From Chloropicon primus (Eukaryota), in contig CP060761.1 in NCBI GenBank assembly GCA_023205875.1, positions 372,001 through 436,000 of the forward strand: a DNA stretch of 64,000 nt, given 5' to 3'. Positions within the stretch are counted from its first letter, which is position 1. Each line of letters opens with the position of its first letter. The notes below the pieces were generated by a model that did no database searches, had not been told where the DNA came from, and saw only the letters and a list, made by a program, of their open reading frames with translations. Positions 63,639 to 64,000 of the stretch are shown here, piece by piece. The position numbers were made by a program, and so were the translations under genes.

Positions 63639-64000
63639 ATGCCGAGGTCCATCGCGGACAGAGTCCATGAGAACCTGAAGAGGTTCTCGCCCGGGAGTTC
63701 GCCCGTGCAGCGCAAGGTGGACGTCGCTTTCGTCAAGAGCACCAACCACGACGATGGTCCGCCCAAGGACAAGCATGTGAGAAAGCTCCTCGCGGTGAGC
63801 GAGGAGGAGGACAGGGGCCTGCAGGTGCATCTGATCCGCCAGGTGGAGAGGAACGTGCTGCAAGGGACTGACTGCGTTGTTGTGGCGAAGACGTTGGTCC
63901 TTCTGCACAAACTGTTGCGGGAGGGTGGTTCAGCCTTCAAGGAAAACTTTTACAAGGGCTTCTCGCACTTGTTCGACCACCTGTGCAATTTCAAGGACGA
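63639..64000 (+). CDS. ANTH-domain clathrin assembly protein (AP180/CALM-like), 5' part only
   Basis: Hand translation: MPRSIADR...VDVAFVKSTNHDDGPPKDKHVRKL...VVVAKTLVLLHKLLREG...LCNFKD; runs off window. Confidence 0.85.
   Translation, partial: MPRSIADRVHENLKRFSPGSSPVQRKVDVAFVKSTNHDDGPPKDKHVRKLLAVSEEEDRGLQVHLIRQVERNVLQGTDCVVVAKTLVLLHKLLREGGSAFKENFYKGFSHLFDHLCNFKD

Overview
Compact, GC-rich eukaryotic nuclear DNA. It has short GT-AG introns full of microsatellites, very short intergenic spaces and recurrent TGTAA poly(A) signals, which points to a chlorophyte green alga (the style suggests a picoplanktonic alga such as Chloropicon; inference). About 33 protein genes are supported, mostly housekeeping: NDUFS8, a mitochondrial carrier, NHD1, ARL1, a SNF2 remodeler, RPT1, UMP1, a PPR protein, DPH4, GOT1, CPD photolyase, JMJD4, RFC4, LIG1, HPPK-DHPS and an ANTH protein. 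There are also three cilia-associated genes. No CRISPR array, tRNA, rRNA or intact transposon was seen. Main leads: (1) a tandem pair of atypical G-alpha genes with substitutions equivalent to Ras G12V (both) and loss of the catalytic Gln (one); (2) a spliced SAP-TM-AAA+-like gene with LAP1/LULL1 (torsin activator) architecture; (3) a CNBD channel with a shortened pore lacking GYG; (4) a LIG1 N-terminal targeting-like extension with no in-frame AUG; (5) Alfin-Tudor, 4xPC4 and cupin-DUF952 architectures; (6) intergenic duplications, two with an identical 176-bp period; (7) a candidate structured ncRNA. All family calls come from motif recognition by eye; no database search was run.
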